Source of the DNA: the human T2T-CHM13v2.0 reference genome, Homo sapiens
DNA length: 64,000 nucleotides
Assembly: GCF_009914755.1 (NCBI RefSeq)
Contig: NC_060926.1
Strand: one strand, 5' to 3'
The translations under genes and the position numbers were made by a program. The notes beneath the pieces were generated by a model. That model saw nothing but the letters and a program-made list of their open reading frames with translations, ran no database searches and was not told where the DNA came from. Positions 39,950-56,222 of this stretch are shown piece after piece; positions within the stretch are counted from its first letter, which is position 1, and each line of letters opens with the position of its first letter.

Positions 39950-40980
39950 CTGCTCCTCTGTGTTGGATCCACTGTCTTCGGCATCCCATGCCTTCCCTTC
40001 TATTACTCTTTAACAGTTTCCATGAACCCATTTGGAAAGCATGAGTCCTCAACGGTCTAAAAAATACCTTCAGTATGCCCACACACTCGATCAGTAGCTT
40101 AGTTGGGTATAAAATTCCATTGCCTGTCCAACACTGAGTTGCAGATTCCGCTCTTAAAATTGTTTTGCTTGTACCATTGTTACTTTGAATTTCTCTCTCT
40201 CAGAATCATTGGGGGGTTTTGGTCTTTATTTTGAGATTCTGGAATCAAGATAATGTATATAGTGGACAGGATTTTTAAATTTTATTCTGCTTGGCCCTTA
40301 ATTTTAAGAATTATGATTCTTTCTTCAGTGCTGGATTTTTTATATTTTTGTTATTACATTGATACATTCCTCCCACCTGTTTTCTCTGTTTCCTATTCTG
40401 AGGTCTTTTTTATGTGATCATTAGATCATCTGAATTGATGGTTTCATTCAGTGTTATCTTTTCTCAAATTTTGAAAGAATTCTCAGTTTTGTTCCCCAAT
40501 ATTTATATTATTTTAACTTTAGCAATCATGTTTTCAATTTTCTAGATTTGTTTCCCATTCTTCTTTTTTTGCACATCTCATTTCTCACATACCATGAAAA
40601 CAAAAACTGTGTTGACCACTCTACTCCTATACAATAGTGAGGATGGCACATAGAACTCAATAAATATTCGGTAATTGAATAAATAGGAAAAGTAGATATT
40701 TTTTAAAAGCTATCTGAGGACCTAGATTAGAATTTGTTGTTGTTTTGGAGTCTTGTTTTTATTTTTTATTTTAAATTGTTCTCTTCTGGTCTTTAAATGA
40801 TCAATTTCATCTATGGTCCTTTTCTTTCCTTTATTTGATTCATTCTATTTCTATCAAATTAGTGACTTTGCCCAAATGTCTGATGGGCAATAGTTGTCCA
40901 CTCTTATTAAAGAATGAGTCTCTGTAGAGAATGACTAGAGCTCTGAAAACATGGGTAGACCTGGCCAATGATATGGTTTT
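39950..40980 (-). mobile_element. Ancient L1M/HAL1-like fragment
   Basis: T-rich; tagcttagttgggtataaaattc and ttctggaatcaagataatgt resemble antisense old L1 ORF1 region. Boundaries approximate. Confidence 0.45.
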
Positions 40981-41340
40981 GCCTTAGGGTGGTCTGCTGG
41001 TGCATCCCACACTAATCCCATACCTCAAATATCATATATTTTCAAAGGATACAGAATGCTTTATATTCTCTTGATAAACTGAATCAATCTTACTGCTGAT
41101 AGTCAATTTTTCAGCTCCATTTTACAATTAAGAAAAATGAGGAGAAAATATCTCAGATTATTTGAAAGTATAGCAGCTTTGAAATTTGACCAAGCCAGGC
41201 TTGAAGCCAGATTCTTTGATTTACCAGCTATTAACTTAATATCTGGTTATTGACTTTCTTCTTTATGAAATTTACATTGAAAGTTTAAATGAAATGATAT
41301 ATGCGAAAATGGTGCTCAGCTTATCTTGGCCATCCCACAA

Positions 41341-41450
41341 CTGTTTTCTCCCTTTCTTTTTTGTTTCTTCCTTTCTTCTTTCCTTCATTTCATCTTGCCT
41401 TTCTTATTTTTATCTTTCTTTCCTTTCTCCCTTTTCCTCTTCTTTATTTA
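41341..41450. repeat. About 110-nt polypyrimidine low-complexity tract
   Basis: Seen directly. Confidence 0.85.
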
Positions 41451-44400
41451 GGTGCACAGAGTAAATTATGACCAAGATGGCCCTAGGAAACCATTCTGTT
41501 AAGTATTTGCTTAAAGCTCGAGAAATCATTGAAGGCAAGCATCTAGGAAAGGCAGCAGTAATTCACTTACTTCAAGAAACATACACTGATAACTTGGGCT
41601 TGGCTTATATTTCTCTTTTTGGTAATTTTAATCATGATGCTCTTTATACATAAATGGGCATGAGCTCATTTTTCTAACTACACTCACTTATATAGTGTCA
41701 TGCAACTGCTGGAACATTTAAGTAATTACCCACACAGACATAACTGATTGTTTAAGGTGTCTGCCATAAAAGAAAATAATGTCTTTGAAAAATTATAGTT
41801 CTTTTAAAAATATGTCAATTATGTTGAGAAACAAAAAAAAGATTTGTCATTCAAACTGCAAATACAAGCTATCAGCCCTAGACTTAACAGTCATGTTTAT
41901 GAATAGCAAAATCATTGAGTTAAGAGAAAAGTGTTTTTTAAATAATTTGTTAGAACTGATATATGACAGAGTAACATAATTGTCACACTGTTAATTTAAG
42001 CAAAATATATATGATCAACACTGTAAAATAGCTTTGGGTAGAGACATGCTCCAACTTTGCCACTTTATCAGTGTTAGTCTGAGAATAATTATACTTGAAT
42101 TTATATACTAGGGCATGGGTCTATCATTGCTTGGGTCTGAAATACTCTGACAACTTCCACAATATGCACTAATGTGCTTAAAAATATCTTGTAAATCTTC
42201 TTTTTTAAAAAACTTCTTTATGGTTCAAAATTGAACTGTGATCTTTACGTGTGCGCTGTGTCATGATTTAATATTAGCCAAAATTAATAGCCAACCTTAA
42301 GCTTCTTTATCTCGGCCTACAAGCTTCCTGGTTCCTTTGCATTTATAGTTCTCAGGCAGTTTCTGTTATTTAAAGGCTCTTGGGAGCAAATGTGTTGGTA
42401 ATACAGTACCACATAGTTAGCTTTTGTTCAATAATAAGATACAGGACACCATGCGAGATGGAGAAATGTTGAGAAAAGGGTGCACCTGGGTAGCAGGTTA
42501 AGCCCATGTATTTTAAAAGCCTGTTGTGCACACAGGAAACAATCCAGGTCTTGTGAGATATTAAAAGCAGAATAGCTTTGGAGCAAACTAGAGAAAATGA
42601 GGTTCAGAAATGGGAGCAAATTAGGTAAGGGGAAAAAGAATGAGCCAGAATGATAAATTGGTTTCCCTGTGGTTCAAGAATTTATTTTCTTATGGGGACA
42701 GATCTTTTTATACAGATGTTAGTGAGAATGTAATATTTGAGATTGTGACTTACATACACTTGATTTTTTTAACCTACAAGATGGTTTTACCAGTAAATTT
42801 CTGGTATGTAACTCACTATACTTTATGTGTTAGCAAACAACAATGATAATCATTCTCCTTTTAGTTCCTTTAAATTACATTTCTTTCACATTAAATCAAG
42901 TCCTCAAGATGTTTCCCTTTTCTCAAGTAAAAGAAATGCCAGATAATACCAGGCTTCAGCCATGAAACTGACCCAATGCCTAGTAATAGCTATGCTTAAT
43001 GCTGGGAATGTAAAATGAATAAAACCCAGTTGATTCAGCCAGCATATTGGCATTTTGTTTTTAGCCAATGACCCCTAAAACCCATACTAAATTTTGCCCT
43101 GGCAATAGATGCTGGTTTTATTCATTCTGTGGACTATGTATCCTTAAAAGATTGCCCAGAATTCTGGCATGCCCTATAGGGTTACATGAATCTGGTGCCA
43201 GTTTGAAATATTGTATTTGAGCCTTCCAGTTTGAGGACTGACAAGCTTCCACAAAATAGGAAGAAATAGATCATACACACCAAAAAGGAAGCAGTAACAA
43301 GTGGAGGCAGGCTTTGTTTCATCTTATGACTCTATGCCATGTTTTAAGCATACACTGTGCTCTAACTCAAATCTTGTGTGTGTGTGTCTAAATTGTAAAA
43401 CAGATACAAAACCTCCCCTTCCACCCCCAACATTGCACCAAAGTTGATGTGCTCTCGAAAGCATATCCTCAACTAGTTGGAGACAACCAAAAGTCAGGCT
43501 AGGGTGGTAGTTCCTCCTTGTGTTAGAAGTCTGCTGCGCTCTGGAGAGATGGCCCATGGCTGTTTCAGTCCTCTAATCACATCCTAAATCTTTCCTCTGT
43601 GAAACCACCTGATGAGAAGAAAAAGATGCAGGGCCCTTGTCAGTGTTCAAAAGAATCCCCTTTTTAAAGGTTAGCATTTATTATTGATACCCTGCTGTTC
43701 TCCAGCAGGTGTTCTTGTACCGCATAGTTCCCTCCTGACTCCTAAAGCCAGCTTCACGAGCAGTGGAAGATTCTTCAGCTTAGTTCTTGTTAGCTTTTCA
43801 GGGCCTCCATAGACCTACGAACAGTATCCAAAGCCAGTGCCGGATGCTGCTTTCGCCTCTGTCGTTGGTATAATTCTACTGCTCACACTAAGTACTAGAT
43901 GGTGATTTCATTGTGTGGCGAGGTGGATAACTGAGGGAGAAGAAAGCAGAATTTCATTCTGACCTGGAGATTGATTATTTGAGCAAATGTGTGAATGAAT
44001 GCTTCTTATATAGTGAGACAAGTTGAATTTTCCATGCTATTCAAGGAAGGAGGTCTCACTCCTTCCTCACTTATGATATGAATGGGATTTTAGAGTTCAC
44101 ATGGTGTGTATGTTGAGTGTGTCTCTAAAGATAGTACATGTCAGAGCTCTCATAACTCAGATATCCTCATTAGGGACCCCATTCAGCAGATGTGTTAGAC
44201 TGCTACGAGCAAAGGAAATATTAATATCCACAATTCATTTTGACATATCCTAAGATTAAGAGAGTGCTCTTTTATTTCCTTTAGCATCACTGACAGTTTG
44301 GCCTACAAATCTTTTTTCTCCAAATTCATGTCTATTATAAATCAACAACATTTCATAAATTTCTAAGATTCAAAAAAAACTTGCATTATTTTATTTCAGG

Positions 44401-47400
44401 GGCCCAAATTTTGTCCGATATTAAAAGCATCTCTCTTTGGACTTCTTACCCCACCTGATTAGTGATAACGAAAATTAACTGGGCCTCTGTAAAACTGAGT
44501 CATCAGGAAAAATAACTCCATGTTGTAAAAGTGCTATTCCTGCATTTTCTATTCTTCTCTGTGGGAGGGAGGCAAGAGGCCATATCAGAATTTGGATAGT
44601 CATAATTGGTGGTCTGTCAGTATTAGTGAAATTGCAATAGGGAGAGGTATATCTCCCAGCTTTTCTTTGAAATTGACTATATTGCTGTAAGTGTGTTTTA
44701 TCAAAGCATTTTCTGGGGCAACAGATCTGAAAACATAAACTTTATGTAGCATTGCTCCTCCTTAGATATTTCCCTTTAATATGTCTTTTCTTTTTGAAGA
44801 TAAAATAAAAGTACATAAAAGAGTTCTGGGAATAGGCAGCTATATGTCATAAACACCATTCACTCCCCCTCACCCAGAGCTCCCACCCCCCAAAATTTGG
44901 AAACGATTTGATTGAAGTGATGACTGCCTTGATCTTGTTTGAATACTCCTTCTTCATTGTCTTCTTCTCTCAATGGGAGGCAACAACCCTGTCACAGAGA
45001 CATTCCTGGGAGGGAAAGAGGTATTTCTAGCAACCATATTTTCCAAACACAAAATTGAGACACATGGCCTGACAATGCCATAATATTTGAAGTAGGGACT
45101 GTGCTCAAAGATCCAGAACATATGGTGGAAAGAGTTTTCTTATAAAAGGCAGCCATTTAAGACACTTTCTAGATTCTTATTCACAAAAGGCTCATTCCCC
45201 CATCCCTTTTATTCTCATTAAAAAATATTACCCACAGATCAGAAGACTGACCAGTTTTCCCTCAAATTTGCTTTTTTGCCAGCTTGAGAACCACCCTATT
45301 GACTAAAAAGTTAAATGCACAGCCATCCAGGAAGAAATGCAAACCAGACTGCCAAACATATTATGAATATATTGCTCTTCTTAAAAATGCTAGTTGGTTT
45401 TTCATACTGGAGTATTGACTAACTGTCTGTGTTTGATGTATGGTTTACCAGCCTGATGTCGACTTATGGTTAGAGCTTAACTTGTTAGTTCTGCTTTTGC
45501 AGCCAATTCAGAATAACTACAGATGCCTCGAGATATTAAAATTGACTGCTCAAATGGACTCAGTGCGGGAGTTTCATTGGTTTTAAATTGATAACAGCTG
45601 AAAGAGTGAATGATTAAAGTGTAAATGGGCATAGGACACAGCTCTTTCATAGAAACACTTGTGAACAGACTTCAGTAGTGTGGGAGTTTTTTCTTTCTTT
45701 TTCTATTGTAGTTATTTCTAAGCAACCTTGAGTTAAATTTTAAAAGTGCTCAGGAATATTCAGGAGCCTAGAGGAGAAATAATTCCTGAGAAACTGAGAT
45801 AAATTTTGATGAAGTGGGTTTCTATTCTACAGGGAACATTTAAAGTTAAGTAGCATTCCATAAGGTGGTAATTGTGTCTATTTCCCAGGCATTTAAGTTA
45901 AGTAAGCTGTGTAGGAAGTATAAACTGTCATAATAGAAGGGTTAGAGTGTTGTGTACATCTCTTTCTTCAACTCATAAAAACCAAAGCTCCAAAGTGCCT
46001 TATCACAGATAAGTCAAAGAAAGCCTCTCCTTTGCTTTCTTATTCTCCTAAGAACAATTATTATTATTTTCATTATTTAAAAAGATGTTCTGAATACTTT
46101 CTTGTCGCATGGAGAAAAAGAATACAAAAGAGAAATAAAAAAACTTTTCTCCCCCTCCTTAAATCAGCAATACTTATATAAAACAGGCTTTATGAAAACT
46201 TACTTTCACCATTTAATAGTAGCTTAAGGAAAAGGCACAGTAAAGAGAATAATTAAGTGAAATGTAAAGAAATTTATGAAAAAGAAATATCTGTTTATAA
46301 TACAGCCCTTTTTCAACTTAATATCTTTCTAAGAGTTAGGTGTGCTCATTATACAATATTGTGACCTAGCTCCTTTCTGTTTTCAAATGTCTCTTAGTAT
46401 TTTATCTTTGATATTCCATCAGGAAATATTTATACATTTTTTATTTTATATATTTTTATATATACTTTTTTAATATTTATATATGAAGAACTTTATATAG
46501 CTAACTGATTAAAAGCATCAATCTACAGTAACACATTAAGGCAGGATTTGTTGACAAAATATAAGTCCATATAGTATGTACTAATTTCACATATTCATTT
46601 TAAAAAAATTGAATCATTGTGCCTAGCTAGTATGTCCCCACATATGTAGCAAATATTCACCTTATGTTAATTACAATTTGTGGAATAAGAGATTTAGATA
46701 TATTTGACAGTAACATTAGTGAATAGTGATATGTATGTTCAGATGTAAGAAAATCAAATTATGAAGGATGCTCTGACTTTAAAACAAAATAAGCCACAAA
46801 TATCCTGGTCAATGTTTACAAGAAAATGTGTTATATATTTATTTACTGCTCAAATTTTCCCCAAAATTATAATGTATATACCTGGACCACATCTTAAAAT
46901 TGCAGACTCAAGTTGCCTTCATGAAGCATACAGCCGTTGAATCATGCTTTTGTTGTGATAGACAGCTTATGCAGATAGCCGTCTAAGAAACTGCTACCAA
47001 GGTTGACATTTTCACAAGATATAATTCCTTTAGATATGTAGAGCAAAAGAGAGAAATTTCATTCTCTTTCAACAGTTGTTCAGCTCCAATTTTGTAATGA
47101 TTTTTTAAAATCTATCCATATGAGACAGGAGGGAGATTTTAGAAGAGATGTCATCCAAATAAAACATATGTGAGGGTCATTAACTTGAATATAACACTCC
47201 TAACATGTCCCTTTGAACTTGGAACTCAGATTCATAGGAGGAAAGAAAAGATGGAGCTGAAAGAGGCCTGGTCTGGGTTAACCTCACAGTAAAGGAATCT
47301 TTCACATAACAAGAGACTGAGAAATAAGCCGATGGTATAAAAGTGATATCTTGAGGATATCTTAATATGGTGAGATTCCGAATACTCTAAATTTCAGAAA

Positions 47401-48335
47401 AACCATTGCTCCCTTGGACTCCCTCATAATTTGTACCACCTCATACATTCATTCATTCCCTGGACAGTGAAATACGATGTTTACATCTTTTGTGACTTCA
47501 CATTTTAAATGCATTGAAGCCTTTACAATGTTACAATGAGCATGTTACAATGTTTGCATCTTAAAAAAGTAATTAGCATAGGAGACCATTTGATATTACA
47601 TAAAGAATTTGACAGGACCTCACTCAATGCCTTTTAAGAAATAATATCGAAAGAGGAAGTGAGAGCCTGTTTTAGTTATAAATCTGTTCACATAATTACC
47701 AGTTGAAGAAGATATCATAAACATTTTAGAAGAGCGAGGTTAGACCCTCACTTCATTAAAAACAGAATTCCAAATGATGTCAGATACCTCCAGTTCTCTA
47801 GCATCCGTTTCTTATGTTCATGTACACACTTGCATGCATGCCTTTTTAGTCAGAAAGATCATGTATTTGTAGTACGAGTAAATAATTTTGAAGAAAAATA
47901 ACATTGGTTAGAAATATACTACTAAACACATGAAGAGAGACAACCAGATCTGCATGTGAGGTTAAGTTCAACTTGAGATGCCACAGTGATATGGACAAAG
48001 TATTCCAAAGGTGGCTTTGCAGTATAGGAATATAAATATTCCAAATGTGACTACACAGTGTAGCAGCCGACTGGACTTTTCCATAGGAGAGGTCTCTGCC
48101 TAGGTTTCTCTACTACAGCATGAAGAACAGGATGGGAAGCAGAAGCTTTTGCCAGGGAGCTGTGGCCTCAAAGGTATTGACCGGGCAGGATGTGAATAGT
48201 GGGTAAAGTTGGCACCACAGCCTTACTTCATCCAGGACAGAAGGTAGAAAGTAAACAGTCCATTGGAAAATGTTTGGGGACACAAGACATGGGATCTGAG
48301 GAATTCTAGGAATGGTAGTAAAAGACTTTGGGTTT

Positions 48336-48648
<313 letters not shown>

Positions 48649-48671
48649 AAGACTTTGGGATCAAGTCTTAG

Positions 48672-49128
<457 letters not shown>

Positions 49129-52100
49129 TGAGAAGCTGCCATGAATGTGTATGTTGAGCTTCAGTTTCATTTACTGACCAGGACCATGGACATCGATCAG
49201 AGATCTGCTAGAGAGAGTCTGCGCTAACCAACTTGGCATACCATCTGCATGCTAGTAGTGGTCTAGGAAGACTCTGCTGGGGAAAGCGTTAGCCTTTTGG
49301 CTCAGCCTTTTGCCCCCGTTATGACCAGCCTAGAATCCTAGACACAAAGAACATCTAAGAAAATATGTAGTGCGTTCTTGGGAGAAAGAGATACTACAGC
49401 ACAATAACTGTATTAGTTTTATATAATGTTTGAGTATGTAAAGCACACTTGAAATAATTAAAATACATGAAGAAAATCTTTTTCTTTTTGTGCTTGGGTG
49501 TGTATAATGGGAAGTCATAAGTTGTAGTGAAAGGGGCAACCAAGACTCTTCCTGTGCTATTTAAAAGAGCTGTATTTTACTTATTCAGGAAAACAGAGTA
49601 TTGCAGAACCATAAAGATTACCAAATTTTGAAGTAGACTTGGCTCTGCTACTTACTTGTTTTGTGAATTTGGGCAAGATGATGAAATGTTCTTTCTTCAC
49701 ACTCTCCAGCTAATACTTCTCAGGACTGGTAATGTTTTATAAAAAGCAAGTAGCGTAGCAAACAATAGCTATTGATGGTTATACTCTACTCCCAGTTCTA
49801 CTTAGTATTGCGTACCAGTCCTTCACCTGACTGCAGAGAACACATTCTGAAAATTGCAAAACAGATAATATATGATGAGATTTTTTGTGACATTGCATTA
49901 AAATACAGTTAGCATTTTGAACACTCTGTGTGCCTAGACTGTGATTATAACTTTTTCAGGCATTATCCAATGATGAGGATGAAGAGCTATGCTTGCATTT
50001 CTTTATGCTACAGGTATGATTGTTATTCCTATTGCCTACTGACATGTATTCTCTGAGCCACTGTATTCTGAGAGGATACAAAGCTACACAAAGCAAGGTC
50101 CCCAGGAAGTGAGTAAGGAAGATAAATGCACAAAAACAACGGTGTAATATATCAGATGTCAAATGCTCTAAGGGGTATTTAGGTCACAAATTTGGGGAAA
50201 TTACACATGGAAAAGTGTGGGAAAGATTAATGCTTTTATCATTTTATGGTCTTTAAACTGAGCCTTGAATTAGAGCCTTGGACTTTTGTAAAAATGGGTG
50301 AGACATTTGAGGTACACAATCGTAGGAAAGTCTGGAGAACAGCCTTAGATGAAATGTAAAGAGTTTGATGAGAAGAAGTGTCTGTGGCAAGTGTTTTGCA
50401 CAATCCCAGGCTTAGGAGTTTGTATTCTACTTTATAGGCAATTTTGTTATTCATTTAATATTTTTTATTTGTTTTTATTTATTTTGAAAACATGTATTGA
50501 GGACCTAGCATGTGGCAAGCCATAGGCTGGGCACTGGGCCTACAAAGATGTATAAGTTGTGATTCCATCCTTCAAAATTAGACATTCCAGCCTGCTTGGA
50601 AGGAAATATTCTGCCTCAAGAAAATCACCTCCATACCCCCAAAACTTGGCTCCACTAGAAGACACACTAGAAGGCTATATTATGAAATTGGTACTTGTTA
50701 TCTACTTTGAGTTAATTCCTACGTAATCGCAATGGCCAAAGCCCCTGCAGCTGTGGGAATGAACAGAGTAACACTGACCTTACAGCACAAATGTCCCAAG
50801 TCATGGTTCCCTCCTGTGTAATCACAACACAGCCTTTCTCTGCCTCCTCAGCTACTCAAGGGAGTCCCTGAAGTGTGTTGCACAATTTGATGAATTACTG
50901 TCTTTTGCCCCATTGTGTTCTCCTCTCTCATTTCTTTCTCTTTTATACCCTTACTACCCACAAGCTGCCTGAAGAAGGCACCTTACCTTGGCTGTGCAGC
51001 CAGCACTTTCTGAGAGTTACCTGCTTCCCTGCCTAGGTACTGGCCAGGGCTCCTGAGCCTGCAAAACCTTCCATGTGCCAGAATGTGCTCCATCCCTCTG
51101 GATCCCACTGAATTTCTAGTCCACTTTGTCTTCAAAGGAAACAGAAAGGCTGTTCTCCTCCCCACCCTGCCTGCATGGTGCACCTGATTTTTTAGGGCCT
51201 GAAGCAACAACTCTTACTCATTGAATCTCACAAGGTGAGAGAGTAGCTTCTTTCCACTGTGTCTGAGGCTCTTTCCTCAACAGAAATTACACCTAGTCCC
51301 TGGGACTTAGCCAGAGTACATGTGCCATTTGCCATATCTCAGGAGTTCACAATTCTCCTGACTGTGTTTTACCAACTAATATCAGCTCTTGCAAGTGAGC
51401 ATCCATGGTGGCGAACATCATTCTGCCAATACAGTAGGCAGATCCAACTGAGATACTCCATTCCTTCTCTAAGTCCCCTCCCTCCATAAGAGGTCCCAGT
51501 AGCTGGAAACATAACTGTCAAGCATGCAACAAACCTGGCAAATGAGCAATATACAAAGCAGCATCTCACAACATGATACCTATTCATTCAGTTTGGTGGG
51601 CAACTTTGGGACAGGATAAGGTGTTTTGGAAATGTTGTTGCATTGTCACTTTCTGCAGTAGAAACTGAAAAATGAGAAACACACTGTGTTTGACTGGAAG
51701 CCCAAAGGAGACAAAATGTTTTCAGAAATGTGTGCATCATGGCCTACTAATTTGGGCTCATAACTACTCTCCAATTACATTCCTGGAAATGTTTTTCAAT
51801 TTCTTTGCGTGGAATAACTAGCAGACCACAGTGCTCAGAACAGCCCATGGGGAATGGCATTCCTGAGTAGAGGTTACATCACACCTCCATGGAACTAGCC
51901 AGCCCTTCTGCAGAACCACATGATTCCCTGGCTCTTAATATGGTTTATTAAAAAATCCTTTACCTACCTCAAAGCACTTTTCATCAAAGCCACTTTTAAG
52001 CTGAAGCTGAGGACTAAAGAATGCCTTTAACAGAATCCTGAAATAGCTTTTAACCTGAGGCTGAGAGAGAAAGTGCTTTTAACCTAAAGTGCTTTCCTCT

Positions 52101-53679
52101 TAGGTGCTTCAGTGCATACCTAGCACTCAGCATTAGTGGCTTTGAGAACACCCTTAAGACCCAAATGAAAGAGACTCCATTATTGATATTCAAACCTGTT
52201 ATGTTAATATATTAAAGTAATATTTGAAATCATTAAGCAGTTTTACTCCAACTAAATTTGAGTCTTTTCTTATTGAACTATGCATTCATGCAAATAAATT
52301 GAAGTCGTACCACCTGGGATTCTAACAAATCTATGCTGATATTAGGAAAAGTACAGTCTTCTTTCCTAGGTTTTACTTTAATCTAGAGTGAGTCAAAATT
52401 TCTACACTTTCCCCACCCAAAAAGAATCTTTCAACTCTTCTCAATCACTGAATGACACTTCCAGCTTTAGTCCATATAAGTTGTGCCTTAAAGATAAATC
52501 ATTTAGTATTTTTAATTACCTGAATAAATTCTGTGTATCAAATTTTCTCCTCAGACTTGTCACTCAAACAAATGCAATTAATAATTTCACAGTAGTTTTA
52601 ATCCCCCTATAAAGTTCCTACTTAGTCAAGTAAGTGACAACCTAATTGATAAGTTTTAACTTCAGATTAATAGTAAGTTATATAATTGAGCATGTGAATT
52701 TCATGGACAGTTTTCTATTCAAAGTATGTAAAGAACATACAAATATGGGAGAAGGTAGCAGAACTTAACATTTGAATTGTATTACCCTTCCCTTCCTTTG
52801 CTGGCCCTCTCTGTAATTCTAATGAGATGATGACAGGCAAATGAAAAGCAGAAAATATCATCAATCCACAATGTACGTCAACAGTCAGCTGAACAAAATT
52901 TGGTCATGTTAATTATTTGAAATACATGAAAGCAAACAATGAAAATATGTTTCCCTCATACTCAAGTGCTCATATTACAATCTTTAGATAGAAATCGGTT
53001 TCTTGGACTACAACCCAGTGAGAAAATATTAGACTAATTAGTCTGTCCTACTGTGGTCTGTTAGAAAAAAATATTGAAATATTAGGGTATTTTCCTTAAA
53101 AAATAAAAACATTCTTTATAAGCTGTTTTAATATCAAAGGAAATAATTTTCTTTTGTAAATTTTTCTCATATTTATCTTTTAATCTATTCATACATTCAT
53201 TTATGCACTCATTAGGCAACCAGAAGGCATGTAATATAATAAATGCAATAAATATAAATACAAGTAGAAGAAACTGCATTCATCTTTTCCTACCGTGTAA
53301 AGTTTTGTTGACCTTGAATATCATTTTGTAGCTTCCTCTACTTAGTAAAATTGTAATCATTTTTACTCTTCCAACTCAGTTACCAGTGCCACAAAGCTAT
53401 CCCTTTCTTCTTCATTCTCAATTAGTCCTACCTTCTCTTTATCCAAAAGCTGTAATTTCATTATTTTAATATCTTTCAACTGGATTATGAGCTGTATCTA
53501 GTAGACCAGATACTATTTTACTGAACTCCGTACTTCCAGGAGTTAGAAAGAAATAAGGAAATGAAGCTGGACATGAAATCTTGCAGTGGTTTTAGAGTTA
53601 TTATTTACAGCTTCTTATTACTTCCTATTGAAACTCTCATGTCAGTGAGTGCCCCTTTGGTGGATCCTGCTCTTCTCCC

Positions 53680-54755
53680 CATCTTCAGAATGTTGGGTTA
53701 CCCCTATGTTAAGGCCTTGGACTTCTTTTCTCATTTCATTCTTATTCTCAGACTATTGGACATTAAACATTCAGAGTTGAAATATACCATTCATGCAGCT
53801 TCGAATTCCATCTAGAGGTTGATGCTTTCCAAACTTAAAACATCAGTCTCAAACTTCAGACTTGCATATTCAAATATTGATTTCATGTCTTTTGGGGTGC
53901 TTGGTACATATCTCAGATTTATCTAGAGTAATCCTTGATTCTTCAGATCCCATGTGTCCTCTATCTCAGGAAATATCACTGCCATGTGCCACCTGGGATC
54001 AGCCCCGCTTTCTACTCTGTCTCTTCCTTCATCAGTAGATCCCACCTTTAAAATATATTCTAAATTCAACCACTTTTGATTACTTCCATTGGATTCATTC
54101 TTACCCAAGCACCATCATCTCTTCCTATATTTCACTACCCCCCTGATGAGCCTTCCTACTTCTCCTCTTAACCCCCTTAAATCTAGGCTTCACACGGCAA
54201 TTAGAAGGATCATTTATAAATGTAAATCATATCATGTCACCCCCCCTCCTCCATAATCTCCATTTACTTAGAAGAAACTCATTCTTAATATCTAATGTGT
54301 GTCCTTCCTGTGACCTATAGGGTCCTACCTGCTTTGACCCTGAGGCTACATTTTATGTTTTTTCCTCAGCCATACTTCCTCTTGTTCACACCACTCCAGC
54401 CACTCAGGCCTTCCTGCTCCTCCTCTAAGGAACCTGGCTTACACCAGCAGCTTTATACACTTGCTGCTCCCCTTGTATGTACATGGCTCAGTCGGTCACT
54501 TCATTTGGTGTCTGCTCAGATGCCATTGCCTGAGATGCCTTCCCTGGCAACACCAATAGCTCTCTGTCTCTCTGCCTTGCTTCATTTTTTCCATAGCGCT
54601 TATCACCATCTGACATTATATGTTAATGTGTTTTCATGTTTATTTTCCCCATTTACATATAGACTCTGTGAAGACAGAGAGTGTTCTTTTCACTACTCCA
54701 TCCCCAGTGGGCATTGAAAAATACTCATAGATGGTTAGATTCAATGGATAAATCC
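53680..54755 (+). mobile_element. L2 LINE 3' portion
   Basis: aaatgtaaatcatatcatgtcac, gtctgctcagatgcca..gccttccctg, ccatagcgcttatcaccatctgaca, gactctgtgaagacagag. Confidence 0.8.
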
Positions 54756-55948
54756 AAAAATGCATAAAGGATTTACTTGGTGAAACCCTTCTCTATGCCG
54801 TTGTGATTCTGTGTGCTGACGTACATGTGTGTATGTGTGTGATGTTGCTTTAGATAAGCAGAGGGTGGGAGAGATAGGTACAAAGTATTGACAAAGTTCT
54901 TGCCTTGAGTAGACAAATATAGAAGAATTTCACGCGCACTGTCCCATTTGGTTAATAACTCTTTAAGATGCAAATTTCTTCCTGGCTGGTGTAATCACCA
55001 AAATGCCTACTGCACTAGTCAGACCAAAATTAGATTGACATCTATTTCCAGGTGAGTTTAGGAGCTGAAAACGAGGGGCCAAAGTGTACTTCACAGAAGT
55101 ACTGTTTAGGGTTGAGAGTGAAACTATGAAAACTGAAGACGGCCAGAAGCCTGAGAAACAAAGAGAAAAAGTAGAAAGGGCTGGGAAGAACTTTTCTCTT
55201 CTGTCAGTCCCATCCCTGAAACTCATCTTTGGGCTGCCTTGATCAAAGGGTGCTACCCCCGCAGCTAAATGTCCAGCTTCATTTGAAAGCTGCAGCAACT
55301 CCGCTATCCTTGTTCAGGGAGATCCTCTTCCCCCAGGCTAGTCTCTCCGTAGCAGATATTGTCATTATCACCAGAGACTTTAGAATCTGTTAGGTTTGAT
55401 GAGATGCAAAAATATAAATAAACATGTGGGGGAAAACTATTCACAGAAGCGCATATATTTGGTAACTCCTATTTATTTAGATTCCAAACTACTTAGAAGT
55501 TAAAGTAATTAAGCTTTTTCTTGTACTTGCCTCTTATGAAAAAAAAAAAAAAAATAAGTAAACAAGGCAATGAGAGAGGTTTACTTCCAGTGCATGTCGT
55601 AGATTCAGCAGAGAATCGGCCCAATTTTTGATATCTATGTAACATAAAGCAGCAACCGATATTTCTAATCAAAGCCCCAAAGCATCATAAGTTAACGCAG
55701 TACCTCCTGAAGCACTTACAGTATATTCTGTCGTGTTTTAGCATTAGGCGTATTTTTTCTGTGTCTTAATTCAAAAGCATAGGCCATTCCATAACCTATA
55801 GCACTAACAGAAGTCACCCAGTTCTCCAAACATTCTCAGTAAAGTTTTGGGAAAGTTACATGACATGGGGCTCATGTCGTGAGCATTTTAAAGGAAAAGA
55901 AAAGATGGTGGGAACAGAACTGGAGAAAATATAAAAGATGAGAGTAGA

Positions 55949-56222
55949 GGCTGGGCATGGTGGTCCACACCTATAATTCCAGCACCTTGGGAGGCCGAGG
56001 CAGGCGGATCACGAGCTCGGGAGCTCGAGACCATCCTGGCCAAAGTGGTGAAACCCCATCTCAACTAAAAATACAAAAATTAGCTGGGTGTGCTGGCGCA
56101 TGCCTGTAATCCCAGCTACTCAGGAGGCTGAGGCAGGAGAATCGCTTGAACCAGGGAGTCGGAGGTGTAGTGAGCCGAGATTGTACCACTGCACTCCAGC
56201 CTGGCGACAGAGTAAGACTCCC

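Noticed and set aside
41341-41457. Long pyrimidine tract ending tttAG|GTgcac as a recursive splice site
   Set aside because: Reconstituted donor GTGCAC is poor; the tract looks like ordinary low-complexity DNA.
43802-43922. Possible cryptic exon (ttttcAG ... AG|GTggat)
   Set aside because: Weak donor, 121 nt so frameshifting, and no other support.
54295-54717. 140-aa ORF
   Set aside because: Lies within a decayed L2 element; no recognisable protein similarity.
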